DNA of 43,535 nt from a virus (taxonomy: Duplodnaviria > Caudoviricetes): IMG/VR virus record IMGVR_UViG_3300012942_000016, positions 1 through 43,535 of that record; one strand, given 5' to 3'. The notes beneath the pieces were generated by a model, which searched no databases, had not been told where the DNA came from, and saw only the letters and a program-made list of their open reading frames with translations. A program made the position numbers and the translations under genes. Below are positions 18,743-29,640 of this stretch, piece by piece (positions within the stretch are counted from its first letter, which is position 1; the number at the start of each line of letters is the position of its first letter).

Positions 18743-18763
18743 ATGCCTATGATCTAAAGTATA

Positions 18764-19645
18764 TCAAGTAATCTTCACCGTTCCTCCATCACTCCACAGA
18801 CGGCCGCTGCCACCCGGATTGCTTGTCGGAAGTCCCGGAGAGCCGTTTGTGAAGAAGGTGAATCCGTCCGCACTTATGTAAAGGTCGTAAATGGAATCAG
18901 TGAGAGGATTTCCGTCACGATTCGGCATGTATGAGAGACGCACTTGTCCTCCTTCTCCGGCGGCTACGAGCCATTCGACAGAGCCATCCCGTGATGCCGA
19001 TTCGGTACCTCTGTCCATGACATACAGGCCATCACGGTAATCGTCGTCATCTCCGTCCCGCGACGTCCGGACGCGGAAGACGCCATTGATGTAGCCTGCT
19101 GAATCGCCAGTCGCGGTACGATAATCAGGATCTATCTCGATAAGGGAGATGTTCCTCTCCGCTCCGGTACCCATGCGTCCGATGAAGATGTAGTTTGTAT
19201 CCGGCGAATTGTCAGGAGAGAACAATTCAAGCACGTTATCGTATGTGTTGGTCGAGAGAGCACGTTTCTGAAGGATGAATCCGCTCTCCACATCGCCTGC
19301 ATTGTCAGCGCTCGCATGGGTCAACACGATACGGGACGTGTCTCCGACGACTTGTCCGTTTTGCGCTATCGTATCGTCATACAGCGTCAGGTCGTTCCCT
19401 GAAAGCTCCGCACGCGATGGGAGCGCTGACGTCTGTATGATTGCGGCCGTGATGACCGTGCCGGTCCAGATGTTCTGGGCGCTATTCGGCCCTTCGTTCG
19501 AGTTCGGAGCGCCCGCTTTCCGGTTCGTGTTATCGGAATACGGGCGTATCGGATTGGCGGTCGTGTATATCGCGCCTTTCGTCTGGTCGTCCTGGTCAGG
19601 CTCTTTCTTCAGGAACCGATCTTTTCCGAGCGATTGCAAGTCCAT
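18764..19645 (-). CDS. Tail-associated structural protein
   Basis: Beta-rich; C-terminal LPTSNPGGSGRLWSDGGTVKI is typical of fibre/needle ends. Confidence 0.55.
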   Translation of the reverse strand: MDLQSLGKDRFLKKEPDQDDQTKGAIYTTANPIRPYSDNTNRKAGAPNSNEGPNSAQNIWTGTVITAAIIQTSALPSRAELSGNDLTLYDDTIAQNGQVVGDTSRIVLTHASADNAGDVESGFILQKRALSTNTYDNVLELFSPDNSPDTNYIFIGRMGTGAERNISLIEIDPDYRTATGDSAGYINGVFRVRTSRDGDDDDYRDGLYVMDRGTESASRDGSVEWLVAAGEGGQVRLSYMPNRDGNPLTDSIYDLYISADGFTFFTNGSPGLPTSNPGGSGRLWSDGGTVKIT

Positions 19646-19646
19646 G

Positions 19647-22259
19647 CTAGTTTCGTTTCTGGCCCTTGATAGTAATCTGCAGTATCTCGAACCCGTGTAT
19701 GATTATCGGCTCGCCTTTGGTATTTCCCGCCAGACGCAGCCGCATGACATTGAAGTCATCGGTATTGTTGTTCGGAAGTATCGAGACGTTATCGGCCGTG
19801 ACCGCGCCGAGCGGCTTCCACGCGTTCGCGCTCGCATGGTCGCACTGATACATCAGGTTCGCGCCCGCAGCGTTCTTGTGATAGACGTTCACCGCGTCGA
19901 TGCGCTTCGTGAGGTAGTACATGTCCGTGAACGACCTCCACCGGTCGATGTACTCGAAATAGAACGGCTTCCCGAAATCGGCGTCTCCGGTATCGAGCGC
20001 CCCGGTTTTGTACTCCGTGCTCTCTCCGGCAGTATTGGTCGTAGCGACGAGATGATTGAGGCTCGTCCCGTCATCGTAATAGATCATCGCGGTGATGGCG
20101 TTCTTCGGGTAGTCGTATATCGTCCACACCTGGGTCGAGATGGTGTACCGGACGACACAATTGCTGTACACGACGCCCTCCACCGTCACCTGGCCGATAG
20201 CCCACTCGACGTTATCGAACCCGTCGTAGACGCCGACGATGTTCTCGTACTCCGAGCGCGGAATCGCCTTCACGAAATCTATGATGCGGCGGGAGATCTC
20301 GACCGGCTGGCTTCCATAATCGAACTGATAGAATCCGGAACTGTGATGAAAGAAGATTCCGGTCTTCGTCGTGACGATTGATTCCTGCGAGAACGTACCG
20401 ACGTTATACGCGGGATACGCGTCTATGGAGCTTGCGCCATAGACGCGGAATATCGAGTCTTCCGTGAAGACAAGAAGGGCGCGCGGGACCACCTGGAGTG
20501 CCGTGATTGTTTGTCCGGTCTGCGGAGTGAGCGTCGTGATGAAGTTCACCGATTGGTTGTAGGTGAGCGTGTACGTGCTCGGAGGGGTGAACTGCACGAT
20601 ATCGGTGTAATAGATGACGCCGCGCGTCGCGTTGGCGACCCACACGCGCCCCTCGAATCCTGCCGATATGAAATCGCCTCCGGGGAATCCTACAGGGACC
20701 AGGTCCGTGCCGAAATCGCCTCCGTTGGATGTCGCGATAGGATCGCCGCCTTTTATGTCGTTCCCGTTCACCATCCAGATGTAATTCAGGTATTGAGCAA
20801 AGCGCGCCTTGCTCGCGGTAGAAAGGCCGGAACGGCGGGACGTCCACGCGCCGGAGTCCTGGGATTCGGTGTTGAATACCTCGCTGCCAGACTGCGCATA
20901 CAGGTATTTCCCCTCGACGTACGGCCCGACCATGGTGAACATGGCCTCGTACATATCGCTCGTCGGCTCGATCCGGGATCCGTAGAGTGTCGTGTGCGCA
21001 TCAAGAGCGATGGTCGATGGCGGATTCTGATAGCTCATGGTGAGGCCAGAGATCGGCTGTACGGTGCTCGTGATATCCTGCGATGTCACATCGCGCTCGA
21101 ATAACTGAACGAAAGAGAGATCGTCTCCATTCTGCTGCACGGTGAGGAAGGAATGAGTATCGTCAAGCTTCACTGCATTGAGCCATGTGGCAGCGGTGCT
21201 TTCAGAGACGGTCAAAGGCGTTCCTGCGAGTATTATCGCGTACGAGCCGTCTATCGCGAGCGTCTGAGTGGTGATGCCGCCTGCTCCCGTGACCTGGCTG
21301 AACGAGACCACGTGCGTCGCATCCTGAGGCGCGAGGACGCTCACCGAATCGGAAGAGTTCACGTCCACCGATGACCCGATCTTCGAAGCTGCCCACGTGC
21401 TCAGATTCACTTCCAGCACTTGCGCGACGACATTCGTGCCGTTCCACCACTGCGCGACAAAATGATTCGCATCAATCTGCACGAGCGATTCATAGGACGT
21501 CGAGCTCGAATCGACGACAAGGGTGCTCTTGCTGCTCAGCGTACCCGACCCGTCGTCCTCAATCACCTGCGCCGTCGCTTGATGCGATGAATCCTCATAG
21601 AAGACGATGAAATGCGTGTCATCGATACGGCACGCGCTCGGATAGCTCAACGCGGCCGCTTGCAGCTGGAATACACTCCCGCGCGCCGTAGGCGTCCCTC
21701 CGCTGTCATAGAACGTCCGCGTGCATGCCACGTATTCCGAATCTATGACGCCGTTCCAGATGTCTACCACGTAGCCGCTCGTCTCGTTCAGGAGAATCGA
21801 GCAGTTATGGTCTCCGCTCATATCATCGAATATAACTTCCGACCCTACGCTGAAGCTGCCGTCTGACGCATCGATGGTAGCGATGCGCATAGCGCCTTTC
21901 GATGTCGAAGCATTCGTATAAAACACGAACACGGTCGTATCGTTCAGCTTCGTGAACGATATCCAATTCCCGTTGAAGGTCATGTCATTGACGGTCCCGA
22001 GAATCGACATCGCCACGTATCCTGATTGCTGCACGTCATTCACGAGAGTCCCGTAGTTCCGTACCGGATGATCGAGATCGTCCGCGTACTGCGTTATCCC
22101 GAGACGGCTCTGAATCGCTCCGACACGATCGAAGTTCATATTCACCGCAAGCTGTACGGAATCGGAAGGCGCGACCGTGTCATCGAGCTGCGCCGTGCGT
22201 ATGACTCCTTCAGTAGGGTACGGAATCTTGATATTATCGATGTCTTGAAGGATGCTCAT
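19647..22259 (-). CDS. Tail tube/nozzle (stabilisation) protein
   Basis: About 870 aa, beta-propeller-like; VGTFSQESIV and GIFFHHSSGFY are nozzle-type segments; start re-assigned to MSILQD. Confidence 0.65.
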   Translation of the reverse strand: MSILQDIDNIKIPYPTEGVIRTAQLDDTVAPSDSVQLAVNMNFDRVGAIQSRLGITQYADDLDHPVRNYGTLVNDVQQSGYVAMSILGTVNDMTFNGNWISFTKLNDTTVFVFYTNASTSKGAMRIATIDASDGSFSVGSEVIFDDMSGDHNCSILLNETSGYVVDIWNGVIDSEYVACTRTFYDSGGTPTARGSVFQLQAAALSYPSACRIDDTHFIVFYEDSSHQATAQVIEDDGSGTLSSKSTLVVDSSSTSYESLVQIDANHFVAQWWNGTNVVAQVLEVNLSTWAASKIGSSVDVNSSDSVSVLAPQDATHVVSFSQVTGAGGITTQTLAIDGSYAIILAGTPLTVSESTAATWLNAVKLDDTHSFLTVQQNGDDLSFVQLFERDVTSQDITSTVQPISGLTMSYQNPPSTIALDAHTTLYGSRIEPTSDMYEAMFTMVGPYVEGKYLYAQSGSEVFNTESQDSGAWTSRRSGLSTASKARFAQYLNYIWMVNGNDIKGGDPIATSNGGDFGTDLVPVGFPGGDFISAGFEGRVWVANATRGVIYYTDIVQFTPPSTYTLTYNQSVNFITTLTPQTGQTITALQVVPRALLVFTEDSIFRVYGASSIDAYPAYNVGTFSQESIVTTKTGIFFHHSSGFYQFDYGSQPVEISRRIIDFVKAIPRSEYENIVGVYDGFDNVEWAIGQVTVEGVVYSNCVVRYTISTQVWTIYDYPKNAITAMIYYDDGTSLNHLVATTNTAGESTEYKTGALDTGDADFGKPFYFEYIDRWRSFTDMYYLTKRIDAVNVYHKNAAGANLMYQCDHASANAWKPLGAVTADNVSILPNNNTDDFNVMRLRLAGNTKGEPIIIHGFEILQITIKGQKRN

Positions 22260-23113
22260 ACTCGTACAAATAATACATCCTCCGAGGTGGCTGCTTCGGC
22301 CAAGCGCAGCCATTTGTGCTTCCACGGCTCGTAATGCATGTCGGCCATGAGAAGAAGCGCCTCCTTGAAATCAGGATTCATCTTTATCGCCTGCAGGCAT
22401 GCGCCTCGCGCCTCGTCCCCTCGTTGCGAATGCCAGTGCGATTTCGCTATCACGAACCAGGCTTCTCCGACTTCCGGAATCCATTTTCCTTCATCCAGGT
22501 ACCTGCTCATCCACTCTATCGCCTCATCATAGTGCTGACGCTCGAAATGCTCTCGGCCGAGATAAAACATGACCCGAGGGGTCTTTTCCTGCTTCGAGAG
22601 GATGCGAAGCCCCCGGTCAGGATCGGAAGACTTGCTCTTGCTCGACCCCCGGTACCGCCGTACGTTCGACTTGAACGTCGAAAGCACTGAAAGGCTCTCA
22701 TGATATGCGCCTTTCCAAAAGACATCCGGGTCGTTCTTGAAAAGCACCTCGCGCCAATGCACGTGGCCTCCGAGCGCTTCCGTTTTCACGAGCGCGGACT
22801 TATGGCCTTCCGATTCCGCCCGCTCGGCTTCTGAACGCACCTCGTTGACATGCGAAAGAAGCCTCTGATCGGCATCGATGCTGTAGATCCAGTCTCCGGT
22901 GGCGTGCTTAATCGCATAGTTCCTCGCGGCGGAGAAATCGTCTATCCATTTGAAATCGAATATCCTGTCCGTATACTCTTTCGCGATATCCTTCGTCGAA
23001 TCCGTGCTTCCCGTATCGACTACCACTATCTCATCGAAATCCTTCACGCTCTCGAGCGCTTTGCGTATCAGCTGTTCCTCATTCTTCACGATAAGTACGG
23101 CGGTCAGTCTCAT
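22256..23113 (-). CDS. Family 2 glycosyltransferase with a C-terminal TPR
   Basis: LIVKNEE, VVDTGSTD, DFSAARN, IDAD (DxD) and GAYHE; TPR PRVMFYLGREHF...NPDFKEA. Confidence 0.9.
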   Translation of the reverse strand: MRLTAVLIVKNEEQLIRKALESVKDFDEIVVVDTGSTDSTKDIAKEYTDRIFDFKWIDDFSAARNYAIKHATGDWIYSIDADQRLLSHVNEVRSEAERAESEGHKSALVKTEALGGHVHWREVLFKNDPDVFWKGAYHESLSVLSTFKSNVRRYRGSSKSKSSDPDRGLRILSKQEKTPRVMFYLGREHFERQHYDEAIEWMSRYLDEGKWIPEVGEAWFVIAKSHWHSQRGDEARGACLQAIKMNPDFKEALLLMADMHYEPWKHKWLRLAEAATSEDVLFVRV

Positions 23114-23170
23114 ATAAGGATATTCTCCCTATCCCAGCGCCCCGATGCTTCGCGGCGCTGAAGAGGGATG

Positions 23171-23488
23171 CTATCCCGTCGGTCCGGTAGGTCCGGTCGG
23201 ACCAGTCGGTCCGGTTGCACCTGTCGCGCCCGTCGGACCAGTCGGTCCGGTCGCGCCGACGACGTTCGCCGTCCATGCCGGGGACGCCGTAGTGCCGGTA
23301 TTCGTGTATGCGCCTGCTGAAGATCCATCAAGAACCTGAAGCAGAGCGGCAACGGCGAAGATGCCGGTATACGTCGAGCCGGTCGGAAGGGAATCCGCCG
23401 ATGGGATGTAGGCATTGATGACAAGTCCCGTGACCGGGTCTTGCTCAGTGATCTGCATCGTCGGGATTCTCGGTTGTGTTTGACCCAT
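23171..23488 (-). CDS. Small virion protein with a C-terminal collagen-like (GPT/GAT)n tail
   Basis: YTNTGTTASPAWT followed by nine G-X-T triplets. Confidence 0.75.
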   Translation of the reverse strand: MGQTQPRIPTMQITEQDPVTGLVINAYIPSADSLPTGSTYTGIFAVAALLQVLDGSSAGAYTNTGTTASPAWTANVVGATGPTGPTGATGATGPTGPTGPTGPTG

Positions 23489-23521
23489 ACGCTTTGCAAA
23501 GCTATTTGCTAATAATGACGA

Positions 23522-24943
23522 TCATGAAGTAATCACGATCGTATCCTGTCCAGAATACAAATTATCAAAAAGAGCTTGCACGAGTTCCGTGAATTTCACG
23601 TAATCAGGATCGCTCTGCGGCGTCGTGATGTCTTTCCGGTACTTTATCGCATATCGGAGATACCATTTGTATATCTCCCGATACGGCTCAGGCAAGCGCT
23701 GATACAGATCGGTCACGGGGAGGAACTTCTTATAATAATCTATATAGAAATTGTTCCCCTGCATCATGTCAGGAATGATTCGATCGAACACGATCTTCCC
23801 TCGGCCGCCGGTCTCCTCGTCATTGTTATAGACGGTGTACCATATCGGCTGCGCGATGGTCGGCGTGACCCACACCTGCGTGCCATCCGGAATGACGCGA
23901 GTGATTCCGGTTACGCCGGTAAGCTTTCCGCTGGCGAGATCGATATCGGTGTATTTGAACTGAAGAATCGTCTGATCGAATTCCGTCGTCGCGATATAGC
24001 CGACTCCTTGGTTATTGACTGGAAGGAAGTCTCCGGCACTGAAAAGATTGAGTTCAGTCGCGCCGATAGCGGTCTCTCCGACGGTCGTCGAACCGCCGAC
24101 GTTGAAAGCCACCTGGTTCCATGAGCGCTTGTCGATGTACTTGAGATTGAACGGCGCGAGCACGTTATTGATTATGAAACGGCCAGAAAGCATGGACCGG
24201 TCCGTCTCATTGAAATCGATATCGTCCGGAAGCTCGACGAAATTGCTCCCGGCGAGCACCTGGATAGGGAATTCGAACTGCTCGAGCCACGCATGACGCA
24301 CGCCGTAGAGCTTCATCCTCACGAACTCGCGCGCATCGTTGACCGATTGGATGCAGAACTGCGTCGTAATCCTAGGATCATTCTCCGTGACGCCCATAGC
24401 GAGAAGCACCGGCTGGATTATCGAGCCTACGGAGTTCTTCGGATACGACGCAACGCTCTGAGGGTCGCTGTAGCCCGAGAAATCGCCCGTCTGAGAGTTC
24501 TTCCAGCGCAGCTTGTAATACTGCGTCGTAAGGCCGTCCGGGTCGAAATACACGGTCTTCTGCTGCGTGACGTACAGCGTGAGGGTCGCCTGGACCGTAT
24601 ACGAGCCATCTATCGTATCGGATCTCGATATCTCGACCTGGTCATAATTTATCTGCGTCACCAGATCGCCGCGATTGTGCGGTTGCTTCGTCGCCGTGAC
24701 CGTGATGCTCTGATCGGTATGCGCGGACGCATAGCCTATCTCCGCGTTCTCCGCACCCATATTGCCAATCAGGAGTAAATTTACACCAGCAGTGAAATCT
24801 ATGGCATTATCGACGGAAAGGGAGGTAGCCCCGATAGCGAAATTGTCCGAAAGGTACGTGAATACGTTCGAGTTCAGCTGGTTCGGAATCTCGATGATGT
24901 TCCCGATATTGTGCTGTATCGCTATTTGCGGGAATTGGGCCAT
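23522..24943 (-). CDS. Putative head-tail adaptor/tail protein
   Basis: 473 aa; ELPDD and LPEPYREIYKWY adaptor-like segments; position in the structural arm. Confidence 0.5.
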   Translation of the reverse strand: MAQFPQIAIQHNIGNIIEIPNQLNSNVFTYLSDNFAIGATSLSVDNAIDFTAGVNLLLIGNMGAENAEIGYASAHTDQSITVTATKQPHNRGDLVTQINYDQVEISRSDTIDGSYTVQATLTLYVTQQKTVYFDPDGLTTQYYKLRWKNSQTGDFSGYSDPQSVASYPKNSVGSIIQPVLLAMGVTENDPRITTQFCIQSVNDAREFVRMKLYGVRHAWLEQFEFPIQVLAGSNFVELPDDIDFNETDRSMLSGRFIINNVLAPFNLKYIDKRSWNQVAFNVGGSTTVGETAIGATELNLFSAGDFLPVNNQGVGYIATTEFDQTILQFKYTDIDLASGKLTGVTGITRVIPDGTQVWVTPTIAQPIWYTVYNNDEETGGRGKIVFDRIIPDMMQGNNFYIDYYKKFLPVTDLYQRLPEPYREIYKWYLRYAIKYRKDITTPQSDPDYVKFTELVQALFDNLYSGQDTIVITS

Positions 24944-24951
24944 AGGAGTAT

Positions 24952-25242
24952 CTATCCTTTTTCAACAGGATTGTTATCTGGGATGACTTTCGTTACGCCA
25001 AGGAAATGCCCCGTGCTATCGGTGAGAAGATTCTTGAGTATCGAGATAGCCGCGATGAGCGTCGGAATGGTCGCGATGACTGCGCTATCGACGACCGCTT
25101 TCCAGTCGAGTCCGAAAATGCTCCCTGCGTTAAGGACGCTCTGCAATATAGAAAGCATGAAGATAGTCGCGAACATGAGCAGCCCATACACGAGCGCGCT
25201 CTTTACGTTCGCCCAAGTGAGTGTGAGGATTCCGTTTTTCAT
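24952..25242 (-). CDS. Putative holin
   Basis: 96 aa, two TM segments, DWKAVV...LKNLLTD pattern. Confidence 0.65.
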   Translation of the reverse strand: MKNGILTLTWANVKSALVYGLLMFATIFMLSILQSVLNAGSIFGLDWKAVVDSAVIATIPTLIAAISILKNLLTDSTGHFLGVTKVIPDNNPVEKG

Positions 25243-25259
25243 ACTAGAAATATAGCAAA

Positions 25260-25499
25260 TTAATCAGAAGTAATGTGGACATGTCCACTCCCGAAATACG
25301 CGACTGCTATAGGCACGACCGTCACGGTAAGCAGCATCCATATCGCCACGAGTATCGCCCTCCATGTCTTCAGATGGTAGACATCGTCCTCGAGTTTCAG
25401 AAGGCGCTCTTTCACATCCGAACGTATCTCGGCGATGTCCGCACGGGTCGCGCGCATCTCAGTCCGGAGTTCGATAAGCAGATCGTGGTCATTCTGCAT
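25260..25499 (-). CDS. Coiled-coil plus C-terminal TM protein (holin/XhlA-like)
   Basis: DHDLLIELRTEM...RLLKLE...WRAILVAIWMLL. Confidence 0.6.
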   Translation of the reverse strand: MQNDHDLLIELRTEMRATRADIAEIRSDVKERLLKLEDDVYHLKTWRAILVAIWMLLTVTVVPIAVAYFGSGHVHITSD

Positions 25500-25501
25500 A
25501 G

Positions 25502-27034
25502 CTACAGTACCCATACTCTTACTTCCCCTCGCGCACCTGCGCCACCACTACCTGATTCGGCACCGCCGCCTCCGCCGCCTGGTGCTAATCCGGGATTGCC
25601 AGAACCGCTTTTTGTTCCAGCACCTCCATTACCACCATAGACAGAAGTTCCTCCTGCACCGGGCGTATTTCCTGAGGATGGATTCATTCCAGCGCCTCCG
25701 CCTCCGCCGCCATAAAGCGAATTCCCACCGGGTGAAGGATTGTAATTATTAGAAGGAACGCCACCGCCGCCGCCGCCGCCGTACACTGAAGAACCACCTG
25801 AAGAACCACGAGGACTTCCTCCACCGCCATAAGTTGAATCAGAAAAATAGAATGAGTCATTATCAGAGTCTGTGTACAAGGTATTCCCGCCAAACGGACT
25901 GCCTCCGATTCCATTTGCAACACCAGCAGAAAATATACCACCTCCGCCTCCTCCATAAAGGTTGTCTCCACCTCCGGAGTCACCATGATATCCACCATAC
26001 ACTATGTAATCACCAAAGCTGGTATTCCCACCGTTATTACCTGATGTCCCTCCATCTCCGATTGTCACCGTCTCTGTCGAGTTGAGTGTTGATGCTTTTA
26101 TAGAAAAAGTATTGTACGCACCACCGCCACCACCAGAACCATAGGCAGAACCGCCACCACCACCACCGCCCCACATCTGGATGACGACCATCTCGTCTCC
26201 GGTAAGTCCTGCCGGTTTCGTCCATGTTCCGGATGCGGTGAATACCTGGTAGTCAAGAGCAGCGCCGGAGGTAGGCGTACTCCATTTCACGCCGGAAGTC
26301 TCGCCGCTATCTGCAGTAAGGACTTGATTATCAGTTCCTACGCCGAGCTTCGTGAGAGTCGTAGAAGCAGTGGCAACGAGGATGTCTCCTTTCGTATATG
26401 AAGACTGACCAGAACCGCCGTGATTCGCGCCGAGTGTGCCTGTCACGCCTGTCGAAAGCGGGAGTCCTGTCGCATGCGTGAGCGTCGCTGCAGAAGGAGT
26501 GCCGAGGTTCGGAGTCGTAAAGGCAGGATTCGTGGTCATAGCAACGGAACCAGACCCGGAGATAGCGTATTCGCTTACTATGCCGCCATTATCGTACAAG
26601 ATACGGGTAGTAGTTCCTGAAGAGATAGGAGTCGTCCCGATCTGGATCTCACTAGGTCCGGTGGCACCCGTGGGGCCTGTAGGTCCGGTCGGGCCAGTGG
26701 GGCCTGGCACCGTCGAAGGCGAACCGGTGGCACCCGTGGGGCCTGTAGGTCCGGTCGGGCCGGTGGGTCCCGGAACCGTCGAAGGCGAGCCAGTGGCACC
26801 CGTGGGGCCTGTAGGTCCGGTCGGGCCGGTAGGGCCTGTAGGTCCGGTCGCTGCCGTTTTTCCGGTGTTTATCCACTCCATCGAATCCTCATCCCACACC
26901 CATATAGTATCGGTCGAGCCGACTATCGCATACGCGCCAGGGAAGCCGACCGGGTAGGCGGCTTCGAGTGCTTCGGGAGTAGCGAAATATCCGAGATCGT
27001 TAGGGTCGCCAGGTGAAGTGGAAAAATAAGACAT
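25502..27034 (-). CDS. Tail fibre/receptor-binding protein with collagen-like GPT repeats and a Gly-rich C-terminal domain
   Basis: GPT triplets at residues 64-128; KGDILVAT...[11 protein letters not shown]; [12 protein letters not shown]...GGGGGGG...GARGEVRV. Confidence 0.8.
   Translation of the reverse strand: MSYFSTSPGDPNDLGYFATPEALEAAYPVGFPGAYAIVGSTDTIWVWDEDSMEWINTGKTAATGPTGPTGPTGPTGPTGATGSPSTVPGPTGPTGPTGPTGATGSPSTVPGPTGPTGPTGPTGATGPSEIQIGTTPISSGTTTRILYDNGGIVSEYAISGSGSVAMTTNPAFTTPNLGTPSAATLTHATGLPLSTGVTGTLGANHGGSGQSSYTKGDILVATASTTLTKLGVGTDNQVLTADSGETSGVKWSTPTSGAALDYQVFTASGTWTKPAGLTGDEMVVIQMWGGGGGGGSAYGSGGGGGAYNTFSIKASTLNSTETVTIGDGGTSGNNGGNTSFGDYIVYGGYHGDSGGGDNLYGGGGGGIFSAGVANGIGGSPFGGNTLYTDSDNDSFYFSDSTYGGGGSPRGSSGGSSVYGGGGGGGVPSNNYNPSPGGNSLYGGGGGGAGMNPSSGNTPGAGGTSVYGGNGGAGTKSGSGNPGLAPGGGGGGAESGSGGAGARGEVRVWVL
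26651..26845 (-). repeat. Collagen-like coding repeat with a duplicated 66-bp unit (GSPSTVP-GPTx4-GAT)
   Basis: Repeated gtaggtccggtcgggcc units on the + strand. Confidence 0.9.
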
Positions 27035-27035
27035 A

Positions 27036-27710
27036 CTAGGAATCTTTCAGTCCTTTTGCGGTAGGAAGCGAATCAGGAGCTATCTCTCCCTTGTACGCAT
27101 GCGGATGGCCTATCGGATAGTGCCTGCGCACGGGGAGCGGCCGCTGCAGCTCGAAGATGTATTTCGGAAGCTTCTCGAGGACTATCGACGTCTGAGCGAG
27201 ATTCTCATCCGCTCTCTTGATGACCTCGTTATGGATATCGCGCATCGATTCGACCGTGGAACGCGCCTGAATGAGATGGCTGAGGTTCGTGGATTTCATC
27301 TCATGGAGCAGAGACGTCACCGTCTTCTGATTCTCTTTCGCGGTCTCGTTCGAGTCACGGAGATCCGCTGTCGCGAGCACGACGGTCGCGTATTCCCGCT
27401 TCGCTGAGGCCACCTTCATCTCCAGCTCAACGATATCGCTTTCGAGATCGGACTTACGAGTGACAAGGTCGACGACCTCTACACTTCTCGAGTCCTTCAC
27501 TCGGTCTTCGTATTCTTTCAGTACGGCGATACTCCCTCGTATCTCAGCCTCTTGCAGGCGCAAGTCAGTGAGCCGAGACGCTTCCGCATCGGCTTCTTTC
27601 TTGACGCTATCGCGCTCTGTCGTGAGAGAAGCTATCTCGCGGACGAGACTGTCTCGCTTCTGAGCCCAGGTCCGCAACGCTTCTTGCTGTGCTGGCGTGA
27701 GAGTATCCAT
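27036..27710 (-). CDS. Coiled-coil hypothetical protein
   Basis: Heptad-rich, 224 aa. Confidence 0.7.
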   Translation of the reverse strand: MDTLTPAQQEALRTWAQKRDSLVREIASLTTERDSVKKEADAEASRLTDLRLQEAEIRGSIAVLKEYEDRVKDSRSVEVVDLVTRKSDLESDIVELEMKVASAKREYATVVLATADLRDSNETAKENQKTVTSLLHEMKSTNLSHLIQARSTVESMRDIHNEVIKRADENLAQTSIVLEKLPKYIFELQRPLPVRRHYPIGHPHAYKGEIAPDSLPTAKGLKDS

Positions 27711-27715
27711 ACTGA

Positions 27716-28057
27716 TTACAGCCGCTTAGACCAGTGAAGGGAGCCGTTGAACGTCCCTCCGGTCACGCGGAGCACCGCGTTCTGGTCAGGATTAAACTCG
27801 AATCGCGGACGATTGTCCTCTCCCGGCTCGTCCTCGAGCGTGAGCCCCTGCCCGTCGGCGAGCGTGAAATAGCCGAGATTGTGCTCGGTGTCGTCCGAGT
27901 CTATCGCTAGGACTTCGAGCGTGCCGGCATCCGAAAGGTCGCCGATAATCTCATGGATGTAATGCCACTCATCAGCCGCTCGAGGGATTATCACCGTATC
28001 GCCCGTCGCCGCATCGATAGGAACGGATATCTTTCGTGAATGTGCGTCTTGTAGCAA
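27716..28057 (-). CDS. Hypothetical virion protein (TTG start)
   Basis: Beta-rich 113-aa ORF downstream of the capsid gene. Confidence 0.65.
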   Translation of the reverse strand: MLQDAHSRKISVPIDAATGDTVIIPRAADEWHYIHEIIGDLSDAGTLEVLAIDSDDTEHNLGYFTLADGQGLTLEDEPGEDNRPRFEFNPDQNAVLRVTGGTFNGSLHWSKRL

Positions 28058-28135
28058 GGTAATGTCTCGTTTAGTGATAAGTGGGCTTAATCTGCCCGTC
28101 GCGCCTCCCGATGTACCGGGAAGCGAGCGGATTGA

Positions 28136-29173
28136 TTAGCCTGCCGAGGTGCCGTCTCCGGCAGAATACATCCATGAACGGAGATCCGATGCGCCCATCT
28201 GGGCGAGCGAATTGAAGTTCAGGACGAGATCCTGGTTGCCGAGAAGGTCGACGACGGCCGGTTCTGCACGGGTCGGAAGCGACTCGATGTAGAGGAATCC
28301 GTAATCCTGCGTCTTCAGCTTGGAATCGAACATGCCCCATGCGAGGCCGCTGAGGCCCTGGTTCTCGAACGGCGAGAGCTCGACGACCGTGAAGGTGTCG
28401 GTAGCTGGTGCGTTGTTGAACAGGTTCACCTGCTGCGGAGCGAGACCCTTGTCGATGGTGCCCTTGATCGTCTTCGCGAACTGAGCGGTGATGGAACCGC
28501 TACGGCAGACGAGCGTATCGAGCGTCGACATGAGCGGCATGCCGCGTCCGTCCTTCTTCAGACTCTGCTGGCGGCGAGCCGCAAGAAGAGACGAGTAGGT
28601 GAACTGCGGAGACGAGACGACATCGACGATGACGTTCGTCCATGCCGGACCGCCGTCCTCACGAGGATGCGATGCGGACCAGTACGCAACGCCATCGGCA
28701 CCGAGAGTACTGATAGGCGTCGGCATGCCGACCATGTTGATCGGATACCACGTGAAGGAGGTATTGAAGCCCTGCGCCAGAAGACACTGCGCGAGGTAGT
28801 TCTTCGCAAGCTCGATGGCGTTCTTGCCCTCGAGCACCTTGCTCTTCACCGTCCCCTTGATCTTCGCAGCGGCGCTCTCGAAGAGGAAGAAGTTGGACTG
28901 GAAGGTAAGGCGTACCTTCTTCGTGAAGTGCATCTGCACGTAGTTCTTCGAATACCCCTGGATAGGAGCGTCCGAGACGCCTACGGCACCGTCCGGAATG
29001 ATTTCGGCCATACCGAGGCCGGTGACTCCCGTATCCGTGTAGATACGCTGGTTATCATCGACCTTGTACATGAAGTCGAGATACTCAGAGCGAGTCGTAG
29101 GAGCAACCTTCGGAGCGATGTACTTGAGCACATTGTTCACGATGACTGCGTAATCTTGAATTGTTCCGGTCAT
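28136..29173 (-). CDS. Major capsid protein
   Basis: 345 aa after scaffold and decoration genes; GLGMAEIIPDG and GADGVAYWSASHP motifs resemble Mu gpT-like HK97-fold capsids. Confidence 0.8.
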   Translation of the reverse strand: MTGTIQDYAVIVNNVLKYIAPKVAPTTRSEYLDFMYKVDDNQRIYTDTGVTGLGMAEIIPDGAVGVSDAPIQGYSKNYVQMHFTKKVRLTFQSNFFLFESAAAKIKGTVKSKVLEGKNAIELAKNYLAQCLLAQGFNTSFTWYPINMVGMPTPISTLGADGVAYWSASHPREDGGPAWTNVIVDVVSSPQFTYSSLLAARRQQSLKKDGRGMPLMSTLDTLVCRSGSITAQFAKTIKGTIDKGLAPQQVNLFNNAPATDTFTVVELSPFENQGLSGLAWGMFDSKLKTQDYGFLYIESLPTRAEPAVVDLLGNQDLVLNFNSLAQMGASDLRSWMYSAGDGTSAG

Positions 29174-29202
29174 ACGACGAGAAATTTAAGATTTTCTGCT
29201 AA

Positions 29203-29616
29203 TTATTCCGCGACGAACTGGACAAGAATCTTCTTGTCAGCTGCTGCGCCGTAAACGCCGACCTGCTGGACGATACCTGCGGTATTCGTGGTTCCAGTGT
29301 TATTTACGGTTGATGAATTGGACAGCACCATGTACTGACCATTGTGCGCCGCGTTGCTGTTATTCGCAGCATCCGCAATCCACACGTCCTTCTCGAACGG
29401 CTCGATGACCGATACCTGCGTGAGCGCATCTGCGGCAGCGATGCTGCCGTTCGCGACGCCGATCACATCAGGGCGCGTCGTGCCTGAAGCGCCTTCGACA
29501 GCGAGACCTGACGACCATGCGAGCACGGTACCATCGGTGATCACCGTCGCAGATGCCTTCGGCACCACGATGAGCGAACGAGTAGGGTTCTTGATGATGG
29601 CTTGAGTGAAGCTCAT
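29203..29616 (-). CDS. Capsid decoration/cement protein
   Basis: 137 aa, small-residue-rich, directly upstream of the capsid gene. Confidence 0.6.
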   Translation of the reverse strand: MSFTQAIIKNPTRSLIVVPKASATVITDGTVLAWSSGLAVEGASGTTRPDVIGVANGSIAAADALTQVSVIEPFEKDVWIADAANNSNAAHNGQYMVLSNSSTVNNTGTTNTAGIVQQVGVYGAAADKKILVQFVAE

Positions 29617-29640
29617 ACTCCGAGAATTTCCTAAAAGTGC

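Noticed and set aside
22256-22325. Long overlap between the glycosyltransferase and the tail nozzle gene
   Set aside because: The Met at 22259 gives a normal 4-nt overlap; the upstream extension looks spurious.
25502-27034. Diversity-generating retroelement target
   Set aside because: No reverse transcriptase and no template/variable repeat pair was seen.
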